Assembly (NCBI GenBank): GCA_963674785.1
Contig: OY771555.1
Span: 544,001-608,000, forward strand
Direction: 5' to 3'
From: Caldisericia bacterium
GTDB lineage: Bacteria > Caldisericota > Caldisericia > JAAYUI01
Length of the DNA stretch: 64,000 bases
Shown: positions 1-10,073 of the stretch, one piece after another
Layout: the number at the start of each line of letters is the position of its first letter
Numbering within the stretch: position 1 is the stretch's first letter
Notes under the pieces: model-generated
What the model was told of the DNA's origin: nothing
Seen by the model: the letters and a program-made list of their open reading frames with translations, nothing else
Databases searched by the model: none
Position numbers and translations under genes: made by a program

Positions 1-692
1 GGAAGATAAAAACCGAGACAGTCAAAGAAAACGAATTTCTCGATCTGAAAGTTGAAAAAACTGATTGGAGTAACGTTGAAGCTGACCCGAGAATAGAGAT
101 TGAGATTTCAGATAAACTCATAATCACATTGTCAGGCTTTGGGCTTACAAGCATGCACGATGCCACATTTTTCAATGCCTGCAATTGGCTCTGGGTTTTC
201 ATGCACAGAATAACCGAAAACCTTGGTGGTGACCCAGAAAAATGTCTCGAGCTTCACACAGAGATAGTCTGCTCAAAAGAGATTGAAGGTTCACCGGAAG
301 TAATCAGGGATTTGATTTTGACCCCAGAAAAAGCTGTCACATGGCTAGCAGAAGAGGTCAGCATTGAGACACGTGAGGGTGGAAAGTTTCGGCTCAGATG
401 GGAACGAAACTGGGGAGAGTTTGCCCTCAGGGGAACACTAACCAGATTTGGAGCCGATGAACTCTTCATCAACATCAAAGAGAATCCATTTGATAACAAG
501 AAGAACATGACCATCAGGTTTGGAATCATACAAACAAACGAAGCAAATACTGAGCTTGAGATCTCGGTTACTGGCATCCCCTTTGATGCGAATTCAACCT
601 TTGCAATCCTGCTTGTTTCAGACCTTCTGCTCCAAGCCCTTCTGAGTATTTCGATTGTTGGAGCTGAGATAAAGAAAAATACTGAACATTAG
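1..692 (+). CDS. Partial (5'-truncated) SRPBCC/AHSA1-like domain protein
   Basis: The frame of ORF 129..692 stays open to the window edge. The C-terminal half has an SRPBCC-like pattern (EIEGSPEVI..L.TPE...W..EEVSIETREGGKFRLRW). Confidence 0.5.
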   Translation, partial: KIKTETVKENEFLDLKVEKTDWSNVEADPRIEIEISDKLIITLSGFGLTSMHDATFFNACNWLWVFMHRITENLGGDPEKCLELHTEIVCSKEIEGSPEVIRDLILTPEKAVTWLAEEVSIETREGGKFRLRWERNWGEFALRGTLTRFGADELFINIKENPFDNKKNMTIRFGIIQTNEANTELEISVTGIPFDANSTFAILLVSDLLLQALLSISIVGAEIKKNTEH

Positions 693-719
693 CAAGATGT
701 GATATTTTCTCTTCTTGAC

Positions 720-747
720 TTGACATTTTGATATTCATTGCTAAAAT
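720..747 (+). promoter_or_regulatory. sigma70-type promoter TTGACA-N16-TAAAAT (extended -10 TG)
   Basis: Read directly upstream of the AAA_21 gene. Confidence 0.7.
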
Positions 748-801
748 TTCTTTTATTAAAGAGAAAAGTTCTCATGAATAAAAATGCAAGGATGTGGAGA
801 G

Positions 802-2103
802 ATGTTGATAAATTTCACTGTTAAAAACTGGAAATCTTTTAAAAATGTAACTTCTCTTTCAATGATCAAAACACGGGAGCAGCAGCACAAAAATCGAATT
901 CCTGAGTCAAAAAACGCAGGTTTAAAGATTTTACCAGCAGCAGCAATTTATGGTGCAAATGCTTCCGGAAAATCGAATCTTTTCGAGGCAATAAGGTTCT
1001 CGAGAAAACATATTATTGATGGGGTGGGTGTGGATGAAGAAATAGAGAACAATCCTTTCAAACTCGATAATAAAATGAAAGCTAGCCCAACAGAATTCGA
1101 GTATAACGTTCTTATTAACGAGAGACATATTAAATATTTCTTTGCGCTCAATTCAAAAGAAGTTGTTGAAGAGAAATTATCTGAATTCAATTCATCGGGA
1201 ACGGAAATAGTTTTTTTTCATCGATCAAAACTAAACCAGGGAATTCTTGTTAATGATAAATTTGAAGATAAAAAAGCTTTGGAAAATACATTCGATAGAA
1301 CAAGGCCACAGATTCTCTTCTTAACAAGAACTATTGAGGATAATTTCAATGAATTCAGATTTTTATATGACTGGTTCAGATACAATCTTTCTATCATATC
1401 AGATGATCAAAAATTCAATTTCAAAAGGCTAGAGGATAAAAAATCAAAATCCTTGTTAGAAAAAGTTGGGAAGATACTAAAATTAGCTGATACAGGAATA
1501 TCAAGTATTGAAATAGTAGAGAAGGATTTGCCAGAGAATCTTGTTGACGATCTAAAAGAAAACTTTAAGAATAGGATCTGGCTTGATCGAATTTTGAATG
1601 ACTTCCGAAAAGATATTGTAATATATCACACGGATGGTCGAGGTTCTAATATTGGATTTTTTGAAAATGAGGAATCAAAAGGCACAATCAGACTAATGCA
1701 TTTGTTACCATCAATTCTCAATCTTCAGGAACTAGAAATCTCTACTGGCAAAACAACAATTATTGATGAGATCGATACAAGTCTTCACTCACTCTTAGTA
1801 AAAAAACTCATTGAAACATTCTTTGAAAGCAGCGGTGCTGATTCAAGAAACCAGTTAATTTTTACTTCCCACGACAGCTCTCTGCTTGACCAAGATTTGT
1901 TCAGAAGAGATGAAATGTGGTTTACGAAGAAGAATGAGTTTGGAGAATCTGAACTATATTCATTAGCTGAGTATGAAGGCGTTAGATATGACATGGATAT
2001 TAGAAGGAATTACCTAATCGGGAGGTTTGATGGGATTCCAAAGTTTGGTGACATATCAGGTGAAATTGAAAAAATGAAGGAAGAGACGTTGTTCAACCAA
2101 TAA
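802..2103 (+). CDS. AAA_21 (AbiEii/RloA-like) ATPase
   Basis: N-terminal MLINFTVKNWKSF, Walker A IYGANASGKSN, ESKGT signature, Walker B IIDEIDTSLH, QLIFTSHD, FRRDEMWF, YLIGRFDGIP. Confidence 0.9.
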   Translation: MLINFTVKNWKSFKNVTSLSMIKTREQQHKNRIPESKNAGLKILPAAAIYGANASGKSNLFEAIRFSRKHIIDGVGVDEEIENNPFKLDNKMKASPTEFEYNVLINERHIKYFFALNSKEVVEEKLSEFNSSGTEIVFFHRSKLNQGILVNDKFEDKKALENTFDRTRPQILFLTRTIEDNFNEFRFLYDWFRYNLSIISDDQKFNFKRLEDKKSKSLLEKVGKILKLADTGISSIEIVEKDLPENLVDDLKENFKNRIWLDRILNDFRKDIVIYHTDGRGSNIGFFENEESKGTIRLMHLLPSILNLQELEISTGKTTIIDEIDTSLHSLLVKKLIETFFESSGADSRNQLIFTSHDSSLLDQDLFRRDEMWFTKKNEFGESELYSLAEYEGVRYDMDIRRNYLIGRFDGIPKFGDISGEIEKMKEETLFNQ

Positions 2104-2738
2104 TGAATGAATCTCTAAAAAGAAAGACAAAAACCCGGAAGCTTAAAAAGGTTTTTGTAATTGCGACCGAGGGTGAAAAAACTGAAAAGTGCTATTTTGA
2201 GCATGTTCAATCAATAATCCCTTCAAACAATCCAGACATAATTATTGATGTAAAGCCTTCACCAAACGGGTTATCGGCTCCAAATCATGTTCTTGAAAGA
2301 ATACAAAAATTTCTTACAGATCAAGAAAACAAGACTCTGACAAAAGGAGATGAAGCTTGGATTGTTATTGATAGAGACAAATGGAGAGATGATCAAATCA
2401 AACCATGCTATGATTGGTCAAAACTGAGCAAGGAATATGGATTTGCCCTTAGTAATCCCTTGTTTGAATTCTGGCTACTTTTACATTTCTTTTTGCTTGA
2501 CTATACAAACCCAACAAGTGATGGAGTTCTGCAGGAACTCAAGAAACATATTCCTGGATATAACAAAAATCTTAAGAGATGTTGCTTAGTCAGTCTTTCA
2601 AAAGAGAGAATTCAGATTGCTATTGATAACGCTAAAAAACTAGACACTCCACCCTGTAAAGATTGGCCAAAGAAACCTGGTTCAACCATCTACCACCTTG
2701 TAGAAAATATTTTGAATTCTGCACAAATCACCGAATAA
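2103..2738 (+). CDS. RloB family protein (TOPRIM-like), partner of the upstream ATPase
   Basis: IATEGEKTEKCYF, WIVIDRD and SNPLFEFWLLLHF motifs. The start overlaps the ATPase stop (TAATG). Confidence 0.9.
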   Translation: MNESLKRKTKTRKLKKVFVIATEGEKTEKCYFEHVQSIIPSNNPDIIIDVKPSPNGLSAPNHVLERIQKFLTDQENKTLTKGDEAWIVIDRDKWRDDQIKPCYDWSKLSKEYGFALSNPLFEFWLLLHFFLLDYTNPTSDGVLQELKKHIPGYNKNLKRCCLVSLSKERIQIAIDNAKKLDTPPCKDWPKKPGSTIYHLVENILNSAQITE

Positions 2739-2826
2739 ATAAGAGCTCATCAGACTAATAAATACATATAAACAAGTAAACCCGATTAATTCAACATTTT
2801 TAACAATTATTTCTGCAAATCCAGAC

Positions 2827-2854
2827 TTGACAAAACTTGGATTTTGAGTAAAAT
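2827..2854 (+). promoter_or_regulatory. sigma70-type promoter TTGACA-N16-TAAAAT
   Basis: Located about 30 nt upstream of tldD. Confidence 0.7.
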
Positions 2855-2883
2855 TATGAAATCTCGTATATAAAGGATAACAA

Positions 2884-4257
2884 ATGAAAATAGATGTAAA
2901 AGAGTATCTAACTGGGAAATCCTGCGATTATATCGAAATCAGACTTGAAGACTCAATCAGGACTGAGATTCAAATTGCGGGAAAAGACATTGAAAAATCG
3001 ATCACAAAAAGAGAATATGGGGGAAATGTCAGAGCCTGCCACAATGGGGGGTGGAGTTTTGTTTCCTTTAATTCACTTGATGATCTTGAAAATCGTGTGA
3101 ATCTTGCCATCACACAAGCAAAAGAAATTGGCAACCGTTTGGGTGGAAAAACTCAGTTGGCACCAGCTGAGGCAATTGTTGATGATGTGCTGCTTGAGGC
3201 AAAAACCGATCTCAGAGAAATCAACATGAAAAAAAAGATGGACACATTACTCGGATACAACGACATCCTTCTTTCAATCTCACCAGAGATCAAAACTACA
3301 TCAGTCACATATCGCGACGCATACACAGAACTTCTGTTTGCAAACTCCGAAGGCACAAAAATCACACAGCAAAAAATGGACATGGGTTGTAATCTATACG
3401 CTATCGCAAACAAAGACGGTCAGACCAAGTATGGCGGAACATCAGTTGGTTCTTCAAATGACTGGGCAGATCTGCTTGGACTCGAAGAAAAGTTGAAAGA
3501 AAGAGGAGAACTTGCAGTAAAACTCCTCACTGCCCCACTTCCAAAGAGTGGAAAATACACAGTCATCCTTGACCCAAATCTTGCTGGAACATTTATCCAT
3601 GAAGCATTTGGTCATCTTTCGGAGGGTGATAATGTTTATGAAAACCCAGAACTCGCTAAAGTCATGACAATGGGTAGACAGTTTGGAAGACCACTACTCA
3701 ATGTTTACGACACAGGTCGTGACGAAGGTGTAAGAGGATACCTCAAGTATGATGATGAGGGAGTGCCAACCGAAAAAACATGGCTCATCCGTGAAGGAAA
3801 GCTTTCCGGAAGACTTCACAGCAGAGAAACTGCAGGCAAGATGGGTGAGCGAGCAACCGGTTCAGCTCGAGCAATCAATTACAAACATCCACCAATCCCA
3901 CGTATGAGAAACACATGTATCCAGAAGGGTGATACCAAACTTGACGACATGATTGCAGATATCAAAGATGGAATCCTTTGCATGAGTGTCTTTGGTGGTC
4001 AGACAAACGGTGAGATGTTCACATTCAAATCCGGATATGCTTATAGAATCAAGGACGGCAAAAAGACAGAGCTTCTCTCTGGCCCAATGCTTCAGGGTAA
4101 CGTCTTTGATACACTTGGCAATATCACAGCAATCGGTGATGACTACATCGATCCAGATTCGGCAGGCGGATGCGGAAAAGGTGGACAGATGCCACTTCCA
4201 ACAACACACGGCTCACCATCCATCACCATCCAAGACGTGATTGTTTCAGGAGACTAG
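2884..4257 (+). CDS. tldD: TldD metalloprotease
   Basis: FIHEAFGHLSEGD zinc motif, YDDEGVPT, PRMRNT, GGCGKGGQ. Confidence 0.93.
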   Translation: MKIDVKEYLTGKSCDYIEIRLEDSIRTEIQIAGKDIEKSITKREYGGNVRACHNGGWSFVSFNSLDDLENRVNLAITQAKEIGNRLGGKTQLAPAEAIVDDVLLEAKTDLREINMKKKMDTLLGYNDILLSISPEIKTTSVTYRDAYTELLFANSEGTKITQQKMDMGCNLYAIANKDGQTKYGGTSVGSSNDWADLLGLEEKLKERGELAVKLLTAPLPKSGKYTVILDPNLAGTFIHEAFGHLSEGDNVYENPELAKVMTMGRQFGRPLLNVYDTGRDEGVRGYLKYDDEGVPTEKTWLIREGKLSGRLHSRETAGKMGERATGSARAINYKHPPIPRMRNTCIQKGDTKLDDMIADIKDGILCMSVFGGQTNGEMFTFKSGYAYRIKDGKKTELLSGPMLQGNVFDTLGNITAIGDDYIDPDSAGGCGKGGQMPLPTTHGSPSITIQDVIVSGD

Positions 4258-4268
4258 GAGGAAATATC

Positions 4269-5612
4269 ATGATAGATAAAATAAAAGAACTCGCTTCAAA
4301 GAAATTTGACAGCTTCGAGATTGTCGAAATAAAAACTGAGTCAACTCCTGTCTCATACTCAGCAGGAAAACTTAAATCCGTCAACGCAACAGAAAAACAT
4401 GGTTTTGCGCTCCGTGCGATAAAAGACGGAAAAATCGCATTTTCATCAACAACAAAACCTGAGGATGCTGAAGGCTTAGTGAATCAGACACTGGCTGCAA
4501 TTCCATACTCCCCAAAAGCAGAGATTGAATTTGCAGGCGAAACAGGCGCACTTCCAAACCCCTCAATCGAAGACGACAAAATCAAAAAACTTGGAACCGA
4601 GGAGATGATTGAGATGGGTGGAATACTTGTCGAAAAACTCAAGCCTCTTCACGAAAAAGGTAAGATTGGTGGTGGAGTTTCAAAAGACAGCTCGACCATG
4701 AGAATCGTCACAAGTAATGGATTTGACAAGACTTACAGCAAAGATGAGATGGGAATGGGTGCAGCAATTGGTGTTGTTGATGGCGAGAACATGCTCTCCT
4801 GCTGGAATTCAATTGATGGTACAACATACAATGACGACACCAACAGCATCATCAAAAGAGTATCGACATTCTTCAACTGGGGAATGAAAAATGTTCCAGT
4901 GAAGTCTGGAAAATACAAAGTTCTCTTCACCCCAAATGCCGTTGGCGACATCATCGGAATCCTTAAGGCAAGCTGGATGGGAACAACAGTTTACAAAAAA
5001 GTCAGCCCATGGAAGGATAAAGTAGGACAAAAAATCGCAGACGAGAAACTTACGATATATGATGACGGCACAATCGATGGACTCGGTGTTTCATCACCAT
5101 TTGACTGCGAAGGAATCCCCTCTCAGAAAACTGCAATCATTGAAAAGGGTGTTTTGAAAGGTTTCATTGCCGACAAAGTTACAGCAAAAAGGCTTGGTAT
5201 CGATCCAACCGGAAACGGCTTCAAACGCGGTGGTGGATTTGATTCATCAAACAATATCGATGCAACCCCAATAACTGCATCATCAAACAATGTCATCTTG
5301 CCTGGAACAAAAAAATCAGACGATATTTTGGCAGGAATGGATGAAGGAATCCTTGTTGATTCACTTCTTGGCACCATGATGGGCAACGCACTTTCAGGGA
5401 TGCTCTCCGGTAATATCGGTCTCGGTTTCCATGTGAAAGATGGAAAGGTTCTCGGTCGTGTCAAAGACGCAATGCTTACCTTCAATCTCTTTGCAGCTAT
5501 TCAGGATTCAATTCTTGAGATAAGCTCAGATGTTGAAAACATCACAAGCTGGGCTGGCAACTGCCTCAATCCATGGATGCTCTTTGATAACGGTGTGCTT
5601 GCCACAAAGTAA
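4269..5612 (+). CDS. pmbA: TldE/PmbA family protein
   Basis: PFDCEGIP and PTGNG motifs, no HExxH, follows tldD. RBS AGGAGG precedes ATG 4269. Confidence 0.88.
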   Translation: MIDKIKELASKKFDSFEIVEIKTESTPVSYSAGKLKSVNATEKHGFALRAIKDGKIAFSSTTKPEDAEGLVNQTLAAIPYSPKAEIEFAGETGALPNPSIEDDKIKKLGTEEMIEMGGILVEKLKPLHEKGKIGGGVSKDSSTMRIVTSNGFDKTYSKDEMGMGAAIGVVDGENMLSCWNSIDGTTYNDDTNSIIKRVSTFFNWGMKNVPVKSGKYKVLFTPNAVGDIIGILKASWMGTTVYKKVSPWKDKVGQKIADEKLTIYDDGTIDGLGVSSPFDCEGIPSQKTAIIEKGVLKGFIADKVTAKRLGIDPTGNGFKRGGGFDSSNNIDATPITASSNNVILPGTKKSDDILAGMDEGILVDSLLGTMMGNALSGMLSGNIGLGFHVKDGKVLGRVKDAMLTFNLFAAIQDSILEISSDVENITSWAGNCLNPWMLFDNGVLATK

Positions 5613-5660
5613 GTAGTTTGTGATTTCTTAGATATGATATTTTCAAAATAGCGACCTGGT

Positions 5661-7142
5661 TCAGGCTGGGTCGCTATTTTTATTGATATCCATCTGTTTT
5701 GCAAATTCCCCAGCTTCCATTAATCCTATTGTGATCATCCCTTGAGCAAGTATTTCAACTGCAGCAGGAATAAAATGTGTCATCACACTCTGTATAAAAT
5801 CAACTTTGTTTGTTGTTTTTGTAGTGACCTTTGCGAATAGTAGATTATGTTTATGAGCGAATTTTATAAGATTTTCAATGTCTTCATAATGAGTTGCAAC
5901 TCTATCAGACCATTTAATCTCAGTTGCACTACTCACTTTAAAATCATAATCCCTGGTAACAATATCTATTTCTTTATTCCCATCACGCATATAATAAACT
6001 TGTTTTTTTGGATTATGAAAGTGTTGAGCAAAAAGGGCTGTTTCGATCATATTTGACATAAATGGATCATTTTCAGTAATTGGTTTATATTTGGCGGTTC
6101 TTACAGCTGAATTCGTAAGATATATCTTAAAATTGCTACGTCTCTGATAGTTTTTTGCGTCAAGATTTACCTTATCTACAATTTTTATTAAAAATGCAGC
6201 TTCAAGATACTCCAAATATTTCTTCACTTGTTGCTTGTCGATTTTTGTATCTTGTGATAGATTTTCATACGAAGTCTGCTCACCGGTTCTTATTGCAAGA
6301 CGTGTAAAAAAGCTATCAAGCTCAAGTGGATTTGATATTCCATAGATACTTGGAAGGTCTTTCATTAAAACCTTATCAACAGCATCTTGAAGAACCAATT
6401 TTATATCAGTCTCATTATCCTTGTCAATTGATATTGTTTGTGGAAAACCACCATAATTAATATAATCAACTAGGTGCTTGTTATAGTTTTTTTTGTGGTA
6501 TTTTTCTGGAAGCTGAACAAGTGCATTTTTACCTAGACTGGGGACAACCTTGAAAGGTTCAACCTCACCAATTAATAACAAATATTCATAAAATGAAAGG
6601 GGCGGAAGAAGAAAGTCTCTAAATCTCCCGGCACCAGATTCCTCACTTTTTCTTTTGAGAGCAGCAGCGGCAGAGCCTGATGCGACAATCTTCAACTTTG
6701 GATAATTGTCAACAAGCACCTTTATAAATCGTTCCCAATCTTTTAGGTACTGAATCTCGTCAAAAAAAGCAAATACTTTTTCTTTTCTATAATCAATCCC
6801 TGTAACTTCTTTATAATATTCAAGAATAACATCTGGAGGCAAAAAGCTTAAATAAGGATTATCATGTGATGCGTAGAGAATATTTTTGGGATTAACCCCA
6901 TCATCAATCAGCTTTTGAATGGTATGATTAATCAACCATGTTTTGCCGACCCTTCTTGGCCCCATAAGTATTACTGCAAAATTATTATTTTTTATATCTG
7001 ATACAACATGTGGGTAAAACAAGTTCAGATAAGGTCTCGGCTCCACATCAAGCATTCTATTTTGAATTCTGTACGGAGCTCTCCACCATGGATTTATTTC
7101 TGACAACTGAAATAGAATATATTCTTTCTCATCGATAACCAT
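5661..7142 (-). CDS. AAA_14 ATPase with DUF4143 domain
   Basis: GPRRVGKT, FFDEIQY, SGS, ESGAGR, YINYGGFP, YLEYLEAAFLI, EIDIV. Confidence 0.9.
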   Translation of the reverse strand: MVIDEKEYILFQLSEINPWWRAPYRIQNRMLDVEPRPYLNLFYPHVVSDIKNNNFAVILMGPRRVGKTWLINHTIQKLIDDGVNPKNILYASHDNPYLSFLPPDVILEYYKEVTGIDYRKEKVFAFFDEIQYLKDWERFIKVLVDNYPKLKIVASGSAAAALKRKSEESGAGRFRDFLLPPLSFYEYLLLIGEVEPFKVVPSLGKNALVQLPEKYHKKNYNKHLVDYINYGGFPQTISIDKDNETDIKLVLQDAVDKVLMKDLPSIYGISNPLELDSFFTRLAIRTGEQTSYENLSQDTKIDKQQVKKYLEYLEAAFLIKIVDKVNLDAKNYQRRSNFKIYLTNSAVRTAKYKPITENDPFMSNMIETALFAQHFHNPKKQVYYMRDGNKEIDIVTRDYDFKVSSATEIKWSDRVATHYEDIENLIKFAHKHNLLFAKVTTKTTNKVDFIQSVMTHFIPAAVEILAQGMITIGLMEAGEFAKQMDINKNSDPA

Positions 7143-7172
7143 AGAACTCCTTTCAACATATTGAATACTACT

Positions 7173-7200
7173 ATTATATTAAGAATCAGATTAGAGTCAA
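7173..7200 (-). promoter_or_regulatory. sigma70-type promoter TTGACT-N16-TATAAT
   Basis: Read on the minus strand upstream of the AAA_14 gene. Confidence 0.7.
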
Positions 7201-7266
7201 TATGAACTATCTAATAGCACATTTTTCTATTAGATATATAGTAGTAAATCTATAATAAAGTCTATA

Positions 7267-7295
7267 AAAAACCCAGATTTCTCCGGGTTTTTTTT
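7267..7295 (-). terminator. Rho-independent terminator (possibly bidirectional)
   Basis: Minus strand CCCGGA-GAAA-TCTGGG followed by a T-run, downstream of gene 7333..8493. Confidence 0.7.
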
Positions 7296-7332
7296 GGTCA
7301 TACTAGATAGTAAAAAATGTCAGTGCGTTTGA

Positions 7333-8493
7333 CTACTTTACCTCACTGACAAAAACGTCGCTTTTGAATCCGTTTGGTGTCCATGACTTTTCGTACCAGG
7401 CAACAGTCTTATCATGAATCATGAGACCCAATGGGTAGGTATTTTGATCGGCAATTCCCTTGACCATTGTCTCCTGACCGGTTTCAAGATTTCTTTTCAT
7501 GATGAACTTGAAGGAATTGACAAGTTTGACATAAACAAGGTTTTTGCCATATGTGCAATTGTCAGTAATCTTTGTGCCGCGTGCAATTGTTATAATCTCT
7601 TTTGGAGCTTTTTCACCTGGCATGTAAGAGTAAAGCTTGCTTCCACCAGTTCCCCATGCTTCAAAGAGGAGATAATCAGAATCGGGGTTTGAGATAAGTG
7701 GATAAACCTCAGAAGTACTTGCTTCCTTGATAATCTTTTTTACAAATCCATCAAGACTCAATGAACAAATATTTGAAAGTCCATCAACATAGAAGATATA
7801 CTCAGAATTCATTACAACATTTGAGTTTGTCTCGTGTGCGTCACTGCAAGCGACAGAAACAGAACCCTGGTTCAAATCATAATATTTGATCTGACTTGCG
7901 TTTGTCCAGACAGCTTTACCATGGAAGAACTGAAGGTTTGCAAATCCATTCTGACCATCATCTGCCTCAAGAAGTTTTGTCGAGCCGACATCTGTCAAAT
8001 CACAAAAGTATAGACCAGAAGTATTTCCGCTACCTTCAAAAAACTGTGTGAAGACAGCGTAGTTTTTCCAGACACAAACATCAAAACAATCCAGTGCGGC
8101 GGGATCACTCACAAGGAATTCATCTCCACCAGATGTTTCACAAGCATAAATCTGTCTAAAGGAATTTCCACCATTGCTGATGCTTCTCTCATCAAACCAG
8201 AGAACAAACTCATCGCTCATCCAGTTGCAGTTGAGATATGTCGCGTTTACACTTCCTTCAGAATTGAGGGTTACTTTTTCCTCTGTTTTCCTATCCATTG
8301 AGATTATCTTGCTATTTCCACCGTTTGTTCTCCAAATAGCATAGCTATCTGTCAAAACTGGGAAATATGAGCTGTCGATTGAATTTGATAACTGGGAAAT
8401 TGCAGTCTCAGCGGGAACCTGACTGCTTGCATAAACGGGTGTAAAAACTGAGACAACCATCAAAAACACTATAGCAAATCTAAGGAGTTTCAT
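7333..8493 (-). CDS. Secreted beta-propeller (TolB-like) protein
   Basis: Signal peptide MKLLRFAIVFLMVVSVFTPVYA and repeated ~40-aa blades with VW/VF/IFY. RBS AGGAGG. Confidence 0.7.
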   Translation of the reverse strand: MKLLRFAIVFLMVVSVFTPVYASSQVPAETAISQLSNSIDSSYFPVLTDSYAIWRTNGGNSKIISMDRKTEEKVTLNSEGSVNATYLNCNWMSDEFVLWFDERSISNGGNSFRQIYACETSGGDEFLVSDPAALDCFDVCVWKNYAVFTQFFEGSGNTSGLYFCDLTDVGSTKLLEADDGQNGFANLQFFHGKAVWTNASQIKYYDLNQGSVSVACSDAHETNSNVVMNSEYIFYVDGLSNICSLSLDGFVKKIIKEASTSEVYPLISNPDSDYLLFEAWGTGGSKLYSYMPGEKAPKEIITIARGTKITDNCTYGKNLVYVKLVNSFKFIMKRNLETGQETMVKGIADQNTYPLGLMIHDKTVAWYEKSWTPNGFKSDVFVSEVK

Positions 8494-8628
8494 ATTTTTC
8501 AACCCCTCCTTTGTTTCTAATTTTTTCATGAACCACATTTGCTAAGTGATGTTATAGGAAAAACCTGATTATTCAAGTATGATTTTAGGTTTTGGAGTGG
8601 AGAAATCCTCTCCACTCCGTTATGTAAG

Positions 8629-9354
8629 TTAACTTGGGTTGATCTTTGCCGAAAATACTTTCGCAAGAAACCATACCAGAATCAGCTGAAAAACAAATCC
8701 CACAGTGATATAAAGCCACAGTCTAGGGTCACCTTTTATACAAAAATCAAAGGCAAACATTGACCAATAGGTTGGAACGATGGCAAAAGCATAGTGCCAT
8801 AAATTAGTGATAAAAAACGCCGCAACTGGTGCCATCGTAAAAAACCCTGATGCCTTCATCATCGCGAATCCTTCAACCTTGTTGCCTGCAAATGATGCTA
8901 TAAACAGAGCAGTAAAAGGCATGAGAAGTGATGTCATCAAAACGGTGGGGATCATGGAAAGGGAGAATGGCACAAGCCCACACACCGGAATTGCAAGAAG
9001 TACAACAACAAATGAGAGCAGGGTGAGGAATGTGAGTCTGAACACAAGATAGGTGCTTGTCTTAAGAGGGGTAACCTTCAATGTTTTAAGAATTCCCTGG
9101 TCTCTGTCATCAAGAATGAGAAATCCTCCAGCAGTACCCATCAACATCGGTGACACTATGATTAACATCAAACTCATCAAAAGACCGTATTCAGCTGAAA
9201 GTCCACCTGGAACACCCATGTTTTTTTCGATGAAATAAACCATCACACGGAGGATAAGTGCCATGAAAAAAGGACTCACCAACCCAAAGATCACAAACGA
9301 TTCTCTCCAGATTGTTTTGATGTCCCTCCTAAAAAGTGTCCAAATCATGTTCAT
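8629..9354 (-). CDS. ABC-2 type exporter permease (fluoroquinolone-export-like)
   Basis: Six TM helices, ILDDRDQGILKTLKVTPL, NKVEGFA. Confidence 0.85.
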   Translation of the reverse strand: MNMIWTLFRRDIKTIWRESFVIFGLVSPFFMALILRVMVYFIEKNMGVPGGLSAEYGLLMSLMLIIVSPMLMGTAGGFLILDDRDQGILKTLKVTPLKTSTYLVFRLTFLTLLSFVVVLLAIPVCGLVPFSLSMIPTVLMTSLLMPFTALFIASFAGNKVEGFAMMKASGFFTMAPVAAFFITNLWHYAFAIVPTYWSMFAFDFCIKGDPRLWLYITVGFVFQLILVWFLAKVFSAKINPS

Positions 9355-10073
9355 GACGATACCCCCCTTCTGACCATATAGGTCTCATATGTTTTTTTGG
9401 CAAACAAGAATGCAATAGTTATGGAAATAGCGATGTAACCGAGGCTATACAGTATCTGCCAGGTTTCAATCCCCACAAATGGAGCTTGCATCAGCAGCGC
9501 AAATGGCCACACCGGATGAAGGTATATTGTAAATCCTTTCCAGACATCATATATTCCAAGTATTGGTAGATTGAAAAACACAAAATAGAGTGAACCAACA
9601 AAGAGATACTTTGTGATATTGTCAATCTTTGCAACACTTATGAACCCAACAAGTGAATAAAAAACAGCTATCAGGAAAAGCCCAACAACTGCCCAGAACA
9701 TATTTATCCCTCGCCCCCAGACAGAAACAATTGCAATCACTCCACCAGATAGAGCAGTAAGCAAACCCATCGATACTACCTTTGACCAGATATACTCACT
9801 TGATTTCAAAGGCGAGACAACAAGTCCTGAAATGACGTTCTGATCTTTTTCAAACAAAACCATTCCGGCCAAGAAGTAGAAACCCATTGTTGATGTATCG
9901 GTCAGAAGTATAACGGGCAAAATGTATTCAAGCACGTATTTGTCAGGGAATGATGCAAGTGCAAGTATGAACAAAACCCCCCAGAACACAGTCATGAAAA
10001 CTGTTGCATTTACAAGGTTGTGCCTGACAAGAAGCCTGAAGTCATTCTTCAGTTGAACAAGTAGTCTGCTCAT
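9351..10073 (-). CDS. ABC-2 type exporter permease
   Basis: Six TM helices, VLFEKDQNVISGLVVSPL...YIWSK. ATGA overlaps with neighbours. Confidence 0.85.
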   Translation of the reverse strand: MSRLLVQLKNDFRLLVRHNLVNATVFMTVFWGVLFILALASFPDKYVLEYILPVILLTDTSTMGFYFLAGMVLFEKDQNVISGLVVSPLKSSEYIWSKVVSMGLLTALSGGVIAIVSVWGRGINMFWAVVGLFLIAVFYSLVGFISVAKIDNITKYLFVGSLYFVFFNLPILGIYDVWKGFTIYLHPVWPFALLMQAPFVGIETWQILYSLGYIAISITIAFLFAKKTYETYMVRRGVSS

